A stretch of DNA of 60,316 nt from an uncultured virus (IMG/VR IMGVR_UViG_3300043438_001900). Its lineage: Duplodnaviria; Heunggongvirae; Uroviricota; Caudoviricetes. The notes under the pieces are model-generated. The model did not search any database, was not told the origin of the DNA, and saw only the letters and a program-made list of their open reading frames with translations. Made by a program: the position numbers and the translations under genes. Below, piece by piece: positions 39,165 to 50,446 of this stretch (position 1 is the first letter of the stretch; each line of letters opens with the position of its first letter). The DNA lies in IMG/VR virus record IMGVR_UViG_3300043438_001900, one strand, 5' to 3'.

Positions 39165-39782
39165 ATGAAAAAGGAGAACATCGCACAAGGAGTAGTGGTC
39201 GGAACTATCGTTATTCTTTCACTTTTACTATCAAGTTGTGAAACACAACATTGGAAGTTTGATGAGGGAATGAAGTTCGGTACGAGTTTGACTATTAAGA
39301 ACAACACCTATGGAGTGAATGACTTTAAGGTTGGTGAAGTTGGAACGTATGTCGTATCATCGGGTAGTATTGATTATGGTCGTAACATTGGAAGTACGTG
39401 GTATTTCAACGAGTACGAACCTTCTATTACTAACGGAACATATAGTGGTGAGTTACTTACGAAGTTGTACCAAGATAGTATCGGTACTATTACTTTCAAC
39501 GAAAACGGAAGTGGAACACTCAACATTACCAATCAGGACACCCTGACGACAGCGGTGAAGTTTGTTTGGCAAGTTCTTAAAGAAACCAACAACGGAACTT
39601 ACTTATCTATGGAGTTTGAGAACATACCAATTAAAACGTATGTAACCGAAGAACCTTTGTTTGTGTTTGGTTATGAAAAGGTGGGAGAGAAGTTGTGGAA
39701 GTATGAAACCACAATGGACACTTATAGTGGTAGGTGGAAATGGATAGGTAACAAGTTGTTAAATGATGAAGGGGGTAATTAA
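39165..39782 (+). CDS. lipoprotein
   Basis: Hydrophobic signal ending LLSS-C. Confidence 0.7.
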   Translation: MKKENIAQGVVVGTIVILSLLLSSCETQHWKFDEGMKFGTSLTIKNNTYGVNDFKVGEVGTYVVSSGSIDYGRNIGSTWYFNEYEPSITNGTYSGELLTKLYQDSIGTITFNENGSGTLNITNQDTLTTAVKFVWQVLKETNNGTYLSMEFENIPIKTYVTEEPLFVFGYEKVGEKLWKYETTMDTYSGRWKWIGNKLLNDEGGN

Positions 39783-39989
39783 CCCCCTTTTTTTATGTCC
39801 ACAGAATTTACATCCCCGGTCTTCTGGAAATTGGTTGGCAACCAATTTGTTGACACCAACAATATGGTCTGTTGCCAATCAAAATGTTTCCGACGCTGCT
39901 GTCTGAGTTGGGTGGATAAAAATAAATGAAAATAAATTTGGTTTATAAAAGAATTTGTTTTATATTTGTATAAACAAACACGAAAAACT

Positions 39990-40316
39990 ATGGACTTACA
40001 AGTATTAAAACCTCTTTGTCAAAGAGAGTTCGACCCAAACGAAACTTTAAAAGTTTTAAAACACAATCCAACAATCTTTTGGACTTGGGGAGTTAGTAAA
40101 ATGGCTAATGTAGAAGACAAAGGTTTACTGATGAAAGTAAACGGACACCACCACAAGGGGTATGTTTTTATTACATTGGCGTTTGATGACACCTATTCAG
40201 TACATATTATTTCCACACATGGAAATATTAAACAAACCTTTGATATGGTTTACTTTGATGTCTTAACGGAAATCATCGACAACCGAATCGAAAGAATTAA
40301 AAATTATTCGTTTTAG
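39990..40316 (+). CDS. early hypothetical protein
   Basis: WG...GL...VNG..HKG.V.I.L...DTY...VYFD.L...ID; start moved to ATG 39990. Confidence 0.75.
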   Translation: MDLQVLKPLCQREFDPNETLKVLKHNPTIFWTWGVSKMANVEDKGLLMKVNGHHHKGYVFITLAFDDTYSVHIISTHGNIKQTFDMVYFDVLTEIIDNRIERIKNYSF

Positions 40317-40722
40317 TTGTCATTGGTATTTAGGAACTATTAAAGACAACTAATCGAAGGGGGTGAGAAATCATCCCCTTTTTTTGTGCTCAATTGGCAC
40401 TGTATTTCAGGAACTGTACTGGTCCCGACAGGTGTGAATTTGATTGGCAGAACGGAAACCCTTGTAAATAAAGGAAGTATTACATCTGGGCGCTGCGCTG
40501 GTAAACCAGCACGTGCTGCTGTTCTGAGCTCAGTGAATTTGATTGGCACTGTATTACAGATAATAAGTAAACATTTTTGCTTACAAAACTTGCCAATCAA
40601 TATTCCGGATGGAGCCACGGTTCGTATCCCCATAAAAATATTTTAAAAATAAATGTAAATAAATTTGGATATTAAAAAATATGTTGTATATTCGTATAAT
40701 CAAACAATAAAAATATATAACT

Positions 40723-41016
40723 ATGATTAATGTAATTTTAGACACACGACCTAATGTGTACGGATTCGGACACGATTGGTTCTTGAATGTAGAGACGAAC
40801 TCTTGTTCAAAACAATTCAGACTTGGACAAGATGTTAAAGTTTGTTCACGACTTTTAGGAATGACACCTAAAGAAGTTACAACCGAAATTGGAAGTAACG
40901 ACTTACGAAGAAAAACTACTCGTAAGAAACTTGGGGAGTATATTCTATACAAGATTGGTATTTGTTACGAAGAAGAAATTGAAACTTTACAACCTTGGGA
41001 ACTTTCAGTTGATTAA
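40723..41016 (+). CDS. early hypothetical protein
   Basis: F.LGQDVK.CSR.LG; own promoter and terminator. Confidence 0.7.
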   Translation: MINVILDTRPNVYGFGHDWFLNVETNSCSKQFRLGQDVKVCSRLLGMTPKEVTTEIGSNDLRRKTTRKKLGEYILYKIGICYEEEIETLQPWELSVD

Positions 41017-41310
41017 GACCTTTCATTTTTGTTTAACCCTCGGACTTAATTGTTCGGGGGTTTTTTTATGTCTGAAGAACTTGAGTCAGGGGCCCGGGTG
41101 AGAATTTGATTGGCAACAAATCTTGCCGAACAAGTTTCACAGTGGGCCCTGAACTGAGATGGAAACTTCTTGATGTTGCCAATCAATATTCCGGATGGTG
41201 CATGGTGAAGTATCCTTCAGAAAAATAATTTGAAAATAAATGAAAATAAATTTGGAATATCCAACTATTCATATTATATTTGTGTATTGTTAATCACTAA
41301 TACTATTATT

Positions 41311-41514
41311 ATGTCAGAAAAACTGAAAATTCAAAGTTCAATCGTACCAACTGAAAGACCATCTTTCAACGAATGGGTACAAGAAAAAAATGTATCGGGT
41401 TTGTATCTTGAACCAACGGAGTACTATCGAGGTAATTCTACCACAATAGGAATGATGTACCTTAAAAAAGAAGAAACCCCATTATCTAAATTTATTAAAT
41501 TCTTTTCAATATGA
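41311..41514 (+). CDS. small early protein
   Basis: P.ERPSFNEW motif shared with 51708-51953. Confidence 0.6.
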   Translation: MSEKLKIQSSIVPTERPSFNEWVQEKNVSGLYLEPTEYYRGNSTTIGMMYLKKEETPLSKFIKFFSI

Positions 41515-41747
41515 TGAGTAACGAATTAATCGGAAAAAGAATCAAACTTATTACAATGTTTGATGACCCACACCCAATCGAAAGTGGAAGTATGGGAACA
41601 ATTTCTCACGTCGGTGGTGATGTGATGAATGTAACTTGGGACAACGGGAGAAGTCTTGGTGTAGTAATCGGAGTAGACAAGTACGAAATACTTGAAGACA
41701 CTGACCTACCACCCCACAATTTTCTTGTCTTTTCGGGAAATATCTGA
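41511..41747 (+). CDS. DUF4314-like protein
   Basis: G.RI.L..M.DDP.PI..G..GT......V.WDNG.SL. Confidence 0.75.
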   Translation: MMSNELIGKRIKLITMFDDPHPIESGSMGTISHVGGDVMNVTWDNGRSLGVVIGVDKYEILEDTDLPPHNFLVFSGNI

Positions 41748-41856
41748 GGGACAGCACACGGGTGGAATTTGATTGGCAACAAAATAAAGTTTCACCCATT
41801 GTATATCCCAAAAATTAATCGTATATTTGTACCACAATTTAAAACCCTATATAGAG

Positions 41857-42180
41857 ATGTTAATTAAACTAACGTATTACGGAACAGGTAAACCAACTTT
41901 GGTGAACCTTGAAAGTGTAGAAACAATGTACCAAGTGATAGACAAGAATAGAACTCGTTTATCTACAAAGGTGTCATTTAAAGGTGGTAACTATATCAAC
42001 GTAGAGGAAGAACTGCAGGAAATTTTAAAACACCAATCGAATCTGATGAAAGGCATCGACCAAGATTTTGATTGGCAAAGTCCAACAATAGACGATATGT
42101 TAGAACTTGATTACAATCGTCAACAAACACATCCTAAACGTGATTGGACACGTAACGAAAGAGTTATTAATAACTATTAA
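41857..42180 (+). CDS. hypothetical protein (FlbD-like N-terminus)
   Basis: MLIKLT....LVN...VE.....T.V......I.V.E...EI. Confidence 0.55.
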   Translation: MLIKLTYYGTGKPTLVNLESVETMYQVIDKNRTRLSTKVSFKGGNYINVEEELQEILKHQSNLMKGIDQDFDWQSPTIDDMLELDYNRQQTHPKRDWTRNERVINNY

Positions 42181-42666
42181 AATAAACGACTATGATTAGT
42201 ATGTTAAAAGAATTCTACACTTTGAGTAAAGAAGTGTATTACACAGATAGGAAAGAATTTTGGGAATCCATATTAGGTATGGTACTCATAGTGGGAATGT
42301 TCTTGGTAACGTTCTACGTACTCATCCCTATCTTCACGGAAGGCCCGTCATATCTTGATTAATCATTGTTTGGTTCATATTGATTAGTGTTTGGTTAGTA
42401 AGAAATCCCTCATCAGAAATGGTGGGGGTTTTTTCTGCTCTGAAGTTTCTTTCCCACTGCGGTCCGCATGCGGGACCAGGTCCAATTTTGGTTGGCAGTG
42501 TATGACATATAAAGGGTGTATTACACTTAGGGTTGCCAATCAAATTCAGGGATTAGCATGACGGTGAGCAACTCCTCAAGAAAAAATAAATTTAAAATAA
42601 TTGAAAATAAATTTGGATTATACTTAAAACTGTTTTATCTTTGTGTAACAATTAAAAAATAATCAA

Positions 42667-43524
42667 ATGACAGAACAAACAAATCGTGTTCAAGATGTAC
42701 TGAATCAGACAGGCTTGAATTGGACAGTTAGAGAAGAATCTCTTACAACTGAAAGTGGTATCATTATCCCACAACAAAAGGCAATCATCCGTGATGATAC
42801 GAACACGGTATTGTCAGTTCACGGTGAGGGTTATTACCCTTATCAAAATCATCAACTAATTGAGTTACTTGATAAGGTATCTCAACAAGTAGGTTTACCT
42901 ATTCACAAAGGTGGTATGTTTGGTGATGGTAAGAAAGTGTTTATCCAATTAAAGTCTAATGACCTTAAGCTGGGAACAGACAGAGTAGAGGGTTTCATTA
43001 CTGGTGTTAATTCATTCGATGGTTCAACATCATTGGCATTCGGACCCAGTAACATTACTATCTCTTGTCAAAACACATTCTTCGCAGCGTTCCGTAACAT
43101 GGACACTAAAGTTCGCCACACTAAAAACATGGTGATGAGAGTAGATGAAATCTGCCGTGGTTTGGAAAGAGTTATTGAAGAAGAAGCTGTGATGTTTGAA
43201 GATATCAAACAAATGGCGGACACTAAAATGACAAAGGAAAACCAAGAGTGGGTATCTCGTGTATTGTTTAATATCGAAAGAGAAGTAAACCTTAACGATG
43301 AGAAGTCGTTGTCAACTGTTACTCGTAACAAACTATCTCGTTTTGAAATTGACCTTAATGGTGAATTGAAAGATAAAGGTGATAGTCTTTGGGGTTTGTT
43401 TAGTGGTGTAACAAAATACACAACTCACTCAATGATTAAAGGTGATAATAGTGAGAACAAAATGTTTGGTGTTTACGGACAAAGAGAACGAAACATTTTC
43501 AAACAACTTGTAGAGTTGGTGTAA
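42667..43524 (+). CDS. DUF932-family protein
   Basis: GL.W.V, A..R.D, Y...QN, NSFDGS, C.NT, RHT, SLWGLFSGVT.Y..H. Confidence 0.85.
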   Translation: MTEQTNRVQDVLNQTGLNWTVREESLTTESGIIIPQQKAIIRDDTNTVLSVHGEGYYPYQNHQLIELLDKVSQQVGLPIHKGGMFGDGKKVFIQLKSNDLKLGTDRVEGFITGVNSFDGSTSLAFGPSNITISCQNTFFAAFRNMDTKVRHTKNMVMRVDEICRGLERVIEEEAVMFEDIKQMADTKMTKENQEWVSRVLFNIEREVNLNDEKSLSTVTRNKLSRFEIDLNGELKDKGDSLWGLFSGVTKYTTHSMIKGDNSENKMFGVYGQRERNIFKQLVELV

Positions 43525-43717
43525 TACGATAAATTTATTTTTTTCTAATCTAAAACCCCGTTGTCGTGAGATAGTCGGGGTTTTTTTATGCGCTGAAGTG
43601 TGCAGTGGAGCCGCACAGTTGCAGCTCAGAATTTGTTTGGCATAAAAAAATATAAAATAAATTTGGTATAATAAAATAATTGTTTTATCTTTGTATAATA
43701 ATCAAAACACAAACACT

Positions 43718-43939
43718 ATGATAAAATCTATTGATGAAAAAAAGAGAGGTAAGGTAGAGATTGACCTTACCGGTCCTGACGGAAACGCATTTGTACTATT
43801 AGGTCTTGCGAGTAAATGGTCTAAACAAGTTGGTTTAGATTCTAAAAAGATTCACGATGAAATGACAAGTGGAGATTATGAGAACTTAGTCGACACTCTC
43901 GAAAAGTATTTCGGAGATTATATTATCCTTTATCGTTAA
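43718..43939 (+). CDS. small early protein
   Basis: IDLTGPDGNAF.LLG...SGDY.NL. Confidence 0.75.
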   Translation: MIKSIDEKKRGKVEIDLTGPDGNAFVLLGLASKWSKQVGLDSKKIHDEMTSGDYENLVDTLEKYFGDYIILYR

Positions 43940-43955
43940 TAACATAATAAAATAT

Positions 43956-44192
43956 ATGGAAAAAGAAATCATTTTAGAGCAGTTAGAAAAAATAACAAAA
44001 AACAAATGTGGTGGTTGGGAATTGAGATATTTTCATCACACCCTCTACGACACAATCAATAATAGTATATTAAAAGTATTGGAGGAAATAACAAGTAGTG
44101 ATGACTTTGAGAAAAAATTAGAAGAAAAGATGATTGAATGTACGTTGAAAAAAATAAAGTTGTCGTCAATCTACGAAAAACTAAACCAATAG
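43956..44192 (+). CDS. hypothetical protein
   Basis: ORF followed by terminator. Confidence 0.6.
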   Translation: MEKEIILEQLEKITKNKCGGWELRYFHHTLYDTINNSILKVLEEITSSDDFEKKLEEKMIECTLKKIKLSSIYEKLNQ

Positions 44193-44543
44193 GTTAAGAA
44201 CCCCGAATAACATCGGGGTTTTTTTATGCCAACTGTGCACTGTACCTGCACAGGTGACAGGGGTGATTTTGTTTGGCATTACATATCATCTAAGAACCTA
44301 TCACTATATTCCTTTTCATCATCTTTTATTTCTTTGTGTAACCTATACATGTAATAGATAACAAAGACAAACAACTCAACCCATATCGTATATAATATTC
44401 CTTCTACCATGTGTAATAAATATGCCAACCAAAATCGGGAGTCGGACGACAGGTGGTCATCTCCGTAAAAGATTTTGGTCATTCACAAATAAATTTGGTA
44501 AAAAGAAAAAATTATTATATCTTTACATTCTAAATTAAAAATT

Positions 44544-44792
44544 ATGGAATATTCAGTAGAACCAAAAATGTTAAAACAATGGACTGACTTATCGAAAGAA
44601 GTCCTTCAAGGTAAAACAATTACCGAAGTTCGGTATCTCAATGATGAAGAAATGAAAATGATGGGTTGGTACAAACGACCAATTTGTTTTTTCTTAAACG
44701 ATGGTACAAGTTGTATTCTCTCTTGTGATGATGAGGGTAATGATGGTGGAGTTTTATTTTATGGAAAGGATGGAGTACTTCCCGTATTGTAA
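44544..44792 (+). CDS. small early protein
   Basis: L.GK.I..VRY...E...GW...DDEGNDGG. Confidence 0.75.
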   Translation: MEYSVEPKMLKQWTDLSKEVLQGKTITEVRYLNDEEMKMMGWYKRPICFFLNDGTSCILSCDDEGNDGGVLFYGKDGVLPVL

Positions 44793-44946
44793 ACAAAGAC
44801 CCCGAGTAACATCGGGGTTTTTTAATTCCCGTGGCGGGAAGGTTCAGGGCGGAATTTGATTGGCAAAAATAAATGAAAATAAATTTGTTTTATAAAGGTA
44901 TTAGTTTTATATTTGTATCGTCTACTAACCAATAGACACCAACACT

Positions 44947-45333
44947 ATGAAAAGTACAATTAAAGAGTATTATGATTTCTTGAAGAAACAAGATTCAGAG
45001 AGATTGGAAAAATTATCTCAAGTAAAAGGTCAGGTTGATAATCAAATGGATACCTATATGTCCAAACATGGTTGGGTACGAAAAGGTAAAAGTCAAAAGG
45101 TATTCTACACCAAACAATTCAATGGTAAGGATATCGTTGTCGAATATCGTTGTAACTACGGAAAGGACTTTGATTGTGGGTTACCCGAGTTCGTACACGA
45201 CAAGTCAATCCCTCATAGTGTTGATAAAATACAAATGGGTTACTTTCATTGGAACGACCAAGACACAAGTGGTTGGAGTTTAGATGTGGTAATGGAACGA
45301 ATGGAAGTCTTTTATGACAAGTACACGAAGTAA
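44947..45333 (+). CDS. early hypothetical protein
   Basis: Own promoter and terminator. Confidence 0.7.
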   Translation: MKSTIKEYYDFLKKQDSERLEKLSQVKGQVDNQMDTYMSKHGWVRKGKSQKVFYTKQFNGKDIVVEYRCNYGKDFDCGLPEFVHDKSIPHSVDKIQMGYFHWNDQDTSGWSLDVVMERMEVFYDKYTK

Positions 45334-45573
45334 AACGAAACCCTCACAGAAATGTGGGGGTTTTTTATTTACCTGAAGACTTGAGTCGGGGCCCCTGATG
45401 GAATTTGGTTGGCACACAATAGACCATTACAATATGTAATACGTTGCCAACCAATATCCGGATGGAGACTCACATCTGAGATGGTCTATCAAAAAAAAAT
45501 AAAAAAAGTATAAAATAAATTTGGTTATACGAAATATTGTTTTATCTTTGTATTGTAATCAAACAAACAAATT

Positions 45574-46866
45574 ATGTCAAAGTATCAAGTATTATCACCC
45601 GATGGGTTTACCATCGAAAGAGAACCCTCTTACTACACAAGTAAGAAAAAGGCGATGGAATCGTTTTTAAAGTGGAAAGAAAATTACCAAAGACAAGGTT
45701 ACTACTCATCTACAAAGTATGGTAGAATTCATTTGTCTGATTTAGGAGAGTATTGTCAATTTATAAAATTATAATCGTATGGAAAAGTTCAATCAATTAT
45801 GTGTATGGTCAGGCACACTTGTAGGTGTAGACCAAATTAAAGATTTTGAAAAGTTTATGTTAGAGGATGTAGGTGCTCGTGTTAAATACGAAACTGAAAT
45901 CGAAACATTACCAACTGATGGTGTACCCGAAACGGGAGGAAGAAACGATTTGTTCTTCTTTATTCACGATGACGACATCATGAAATTCGCGGTACCTCGT
46001 TTATCAATGGGTATTCGTTGGTGGGAAGATGTGTTAAGTAATGGTGGTGGAGTATTGTACAAAGAAGAAGTATTAATAAAATATCCTAAAACTTGGTAAT
46101 CATGGAAAAATTTAATTTCTACCTTGACCAAAAGGTAACAACATGGATGAGAACGGAATTCTCAGTCGAAGGTGAATCCCGTGAAGTTGCTCGGCAGATG
46201 GCAGTGGACTTCGTAAAGAAAGGTAATACATCAGAGTTACCTTGGGAGGAAGTGATGGACACCAAAGAGATTATGTTTCTTAAAGATAATGGTGGTATGT
46301 CTACCGAAGAAATCTTTGAAGAAGATGGAACTTATGTTTATGTAAATGGAAAGGACGAAGATGAGTAATCTAATTGAATGTACCTTTTGTTATTGGGTGG
46401 GTGAGGAAGATGAACTCCTTACACAAATGGTAGATAATCAGAATAACCCACAAGACCACACCTTGTACGAGGAAGTAGTATGTCCACAATGTAAAACCAA
46501 AGAAGACCTATCATGCAATATAAAGTAGTATCGTCATCAAACCCATCTGAACTTTCGTCGAAGGTATCTGAGATGGTGAATTTAGGTTGGCAACCGGTAG
46601 GTGGTCATCAAGTAACCACAACACGAGAAGTGAATCGTTATAGTGGACAACAACACATGGATACGATGTATCACACCGAGTACACCCAAACAATGGTAAA
46701 GGATGTATTACACATTAAAGACGAAGTTGTGAAAGTCCTTAACACGTTAAAGACCGATGCCGAGATGGCGTTAAGTGGAGAATGGGATTGTACTACATCG
46801 GAAGGAATGGAAAGTTTCAATGACCAAATTGAACTAATAGATAAAGTACTTGACATTTTGAAATAG
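45574..46866 (+). other. operon of five small hypothetical ORFs (45574-45774, 45779-46099, 46102-46368, ~46361-46528, 46513-46866)
   Basis: Abutting or overlapping ORFs between one promoter and one terminator; the last has a DUF1737-like GWQP.GG. Confidence 0.7.
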
Positions 46867-47274
46867 GTTTCGTATTATTAAGTATATAGACTACATTTCA
46901 TAGTTGTGGTTTGTGTTTGGTTGAATGGGGGTAAGAAATTATCCCCTTTCTTTTTGTCCAAAATTCCCGATACAATATACGCCAGGGGGAATTTCTGGGC
47001 CACCAGTCGATTTTTGCTTGGCAAGAATTAGTATGTTGCCAACCAATATTCATCAGGACCCAGGGTCAGAACTTCAGGATAATCGTTAAGAAAGAAATTC
47101 TAAAATAAATTTGGATATTCCAACTTTTATTATTAACTTCGTTCTATACAAAGTCAAAGTTATATGTGGATAACTTTCATCAAAATAAATAAAAATAAAT
47201 TTGGTGGACTGAAATAAACTTTATATCTTTGTATTGTAAATTAATTATTATTCATTTAACTAAATCAAAAGAAG

Positions 47275-48021
47275 ATGATTTCAAACGGAAAAAAAGTGAA
47301 CCAAGTGTTCCAAACAAAAAACTACGGAATTTTTAAGTTCCGTACCGACAACCGAGTACTTAACCCTACTCACATTAAAAAACTATCTGAAAAGATGAAG
47401 AACATTGGGTGGATTCCCGGTTCTTATGTTGTAATCAACGAGAAAGGTGAAATTATTGACGGACAACACCGAGTAAGTGCCGCCAAAATGGTAGGAGTTC
47501 CTATCTCTTACACCATTGAAAGAAAGTCAAACTTTGACACCATTCGTAGTTTGAACCAAAACCAAAAGAATTGGTCATTCACCGATTACATTCACGGATA
47601 TGTTAAAGAGGACAATGTACATTATACATTGTTAGATGAATTCCTTACCGAGTTCAAAGATTTCAAACCAACCGAGGCGTTGATGTTTTTACAAAACAAT
47701 TCAAATCCCGTACATCGTGATGTATTTGAAAGTGGTTCGTGGGAATCAAAAGATGTGGAGTTAGGTAAAGATTGGGCTAAAAAGATTCAATCACTTAAAC
47801 CATTCTTTGATAAAGGTTACAACAAGTCAATCTTTGTAAGGTCAATGATTAAGTTGATGTCAAGAAAACCCGAGTTTACCTTTGAGGAGTTCTTACACAA
47901 AGTTCAACTAAGACCTGGAATGATTCACCTTTGTGGTTCAGTTGAATTATACACCGAAATGATTGAGGACATCTACAACTATCGTAGACGAAACAATGAA
48001 AAACTTAATCTTCGTTTTTGA
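47275..48021 (+). CDS. ParB/Srx-like N-terminal domain protein
   Basis: NR..N..H...L...M, VIN...IIDGQHR..A. Confidence 0.8.
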   Translation: MISNGKKVNQVFQTKNYGIFKFRTDNRVLNPTHIKKLSEKMKNIGWIPGSYVVINEKGEIIDGQHRVSAAKMVGVPISYTIERKSNFDTIRSLNQNQKNWSFTDYIHGYVKEDNVHYTLLDEFLTEFKDFKPTEALMFLQNNSNPVHRDVFESGSWESKDVELGKDWAKKIQSLKPFFDKGYNKSIFVRSMIKLMSRKPEFTFEEFLHKVQLRPGMIHLCGSVELYTEMIEDIYNYRRRNNEKLNLRF

Positions 48022-48205
48022 TTTAGGAACGATGAATAACGAGAGGGGGTATCTGAAAAGATATCCCTTTTTTTTGTGTCATACATTTCCTTCCCGCCGC
48101 AGGACCTGAGATGTCGGATTTTGTTTGGCAAACTTTTTTTTGATATTTTATTGTTTATTCAAATATTCTTCTTACCTTTGCTCTTGAAATCAACTACATA
48201 GTATT

Positions 48206-48577
48206 ATGTTTCAAAAAGAAAAAAAGAACAACGCGGTCTCATTGAAGAAATCTTTAAATGAAATTCGTAAGTGTTTAAACAAAAGTATCCCTAATATTTC
48301 TGATAAAGAATTAGTAGGGGTGAAGTTTTCTCGTATTGGTGCAGAGTATCGTATAGAGAACGCTCCCATTCCACCATCTGATACAATCGGATTACAACTT
48401 GAAAAGTCATTCAACGACTTCATGAGTAATCTGAATATAAACTATGGTGGAGTTAAGATTGAAGGTTCCATGTTTTTGGGAACTAAATCGGACATGTTCA
48501 TGTTGGGTTACAACAACTACGAACGAAAAGGAAAGAAAATAACCAAAAATGGTTATTCAATAGATGGAAGTTTATAG
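48206..48577 (+). CDS. early hypothetical protein
   Basis: TACCTTTG promoter element, terminator at 48606-48634. Confidence 0.65.
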   Translation: MFQKEKKNNAVSLKKSLNEIRKCLNKSIPNISDKELVGVKFSRIGAEYRIENAPIPPSDTIGLQLEKSFNDFMSNLNINYGGVKIEGSMFLGTKSDMFMLGYNNYERKGKKITKNGYSIDGSL

Positions 48578-48940
48578 TGTAGATTAATAATTGTTCGGTT
48601 CAGGAAACCTCGGCAGAAATGTCGGGGTTTTTTTATGCTGCAAAATCTGTAGCAACGCAGCGCGCAAACATCCAGTGATTTTGTTTGGCAGAATGTAAAC
48701 CCCCGTAAATAAAGGAATTCTTATTTCTAGTTAAAACAGCACATCGCCAGTAATGGCAGCGCAACCTGGTGCTGTTGCTGCCAGGTGATTTTGTTTGGCA
48801 GTTGCCAACCAACATTCACAGTGGGCCCCTGAAGACGACTCGAAAAAATAAATGAAAAAAAATATAAAAATAATTTGGTTATACGAAATATTGTTTTATC
48901 TTTGTACTGTAATCAAAACATAAACAAAAAAATTAAAATT

Positions 48941-49540
48941 ATGGGTCAGTATTTTAAAGCAATCGTATTAGGTAACGAACCTAAAGACGGAGAACAAGAA
49001 GTAGTAAAGTCGTGGGTATATTCACATGAATATGACAACGGACTTAAACTGATGGAACATTCCTATCAAGGAAACACTTACGTTTCTACATTTGAAAAGG
49101 AATTAACTCGTAGAGGTACAAACTATAAAAGTCGTGTAGTTTGGGCTGGTGATTATGCGGATGTGGAACCTGGAGTAAAAATCATTCAAGAAGGTAAAGA
49201 GTACGATGCAAATTTGTATTCACTTTGTCATGACGGCAACGAGGTTAAACCTAAAGTGGGAAACACTAAAGATTACCCGTACATTTTAAATCACTCTAAA
49301 AAATTATTCGTGGATAAAAACAAGGTTCCCGAAATTCAGGATTGGGAAGGCACAAAGATTCACCCTTTACCATTATTAACATGTGAAGGTAACGGACAAG
49401 GTGGTGGAGATTTTAGGGGTGAACATGTTTTAATTGGTTCATGGGCAAGAGATGTTATTTCTGTGGAAAAAGATAATCCCGTAATAACTCACGGAACTAT
49501 GGACTACACCGAGATAATTTTTGATTTGAAAGAAGGATAG
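48941..49540 (+). CDS. conserved phage protein (MGQY family)
   Basis: GLKLMEHSY, W.GDYAD, IHPLPLLT..GNG.GGGD, GSWA.D. Confidence 0.75.
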   Translation: MGQYFKAIVLGNEPKDGEQEVVKSWVYSHEYDNGLKLMEHSYQGNTYVSTFEKELTRRGTNYKSRVVWAGDYADVEPGVKIIQEGKEYDANLYSLCHDGNEVKPKVGNTKDYPYILNHSKKLFVDKNKVPEIQDWEGTKIHPLPLLTCEGNGQGGGDFRGEHVLIGSWARDVISVEKDNPVITHGTMDYTEIIFDLKEG

Positions 49541-49656
49541 ATAAATAATCCCCCCTAACAGGGGGGAATTTGTTTGGCAAAAATAATTGAAAATAAATTT
49601 GGTTTATAAAAGTATTCGTATTATATTTGTATTACCAAACATTAAACACTAAAAAT

Positions 49657-50052
49657 ATGAAAAGTATTAAAGTTCGTTTCAATCTCGGTAGAGGTAAAAA
49701 CTATTTGAAGTGGAAGGTAACACATCCTGATGGTGATGTTATCTACTATAGTCCTGATGAAGTACAAATGGTAATGACCGAGTGTACATTTAAGAACCAC
49801 AAGAGTACCGCACAGAAAATTTTCGATGGTGCACACAAAACAGTTTGTGCGTGGATACTATGTAAGGACATTAAGATTTACACAGGTAAACCAATCACGG
49901 ATGAAAGTAGAAGGGTTCGTTATAATCCACGTGTCCAACCTAACTGGATATTCGATGGTCATATCATGGATAATGATGGGGTGCCGAAATTACACACAAT
50001 TGAAAGTGGCGTTTATATCACAGAAGGAAAAGGTGAAAATTGTTTGGCATAA
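49657..50052 (+). CDS. early hypothetical protein
   Basis: VRFNL, K.VCAW, YNP. Confidence 0.7.
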   Translation: MKSIKVRFNLGRGKNYLKWKVTHPDGDVIYYSPDEVQMVMTECTFKNHKSTAQKIFDGAHKTVCAWILCKDIKIYTGKPITDESRRVRYNPRVQPNWIFDGHIMDNDGVPKLHTIESGVYITEGKGENCLA

Positions 50053-50130
50053 AATAAATAAAAAAAACTTTAAAAATAATTTGGTATAATAAAATAAATG
50101 TTATACCTTTGTACCACAAACAAATTTAAT

Positions 50131-50442
50131 ATGAAAAAGACCAAAGAACTTTATCGAAGTAAACTACACACAAGAGATAAATCTCACGATGTAGTAATCA
50201 TCCAAGACATTACAAGAGTAAGTGGATGTAAATTAAAAATGACCTACGAATGTTACAACGCAGTTGAACGATTTACAGGTGAACGACTTGTAGGTGGTAA
50301 ATGGGAGTTTAACTTCTCGATGTCAGATTTGGGTGTATCATCCGATAGTTCAATGTATGTGAGTAGTCAAGATAACCGACTATCACGAGCAGAGGACTTA
50401 ATGAAAAGAGGAATAGAATTGTTTAACATTTTAAATCAATAA
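50131..50442 (+). CDS. early hypothetical protein
   Basis: Own promoter; start moved to ATG 50131. Confidence 0.65.
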   Translation: MKKTKELYRSKLHTRDKSHDVVIIQDITRVSGCKLKMTYECYNAVERFTGERLVGGKWEFNFSMSDLGVSSDSSMYVSSQDNRLSRAEDLMKRGIELFNILNQ

Positions 50443-50446
50443 GAAA

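Noticed and set aside
40340..40646. Overlapping ORFs in motif-rich intergenic DNA (also 36851-37102, 42334-42543, 48633-48815)
   Set aside because: Span terminators and TTGGCA cassettes; no proper start context
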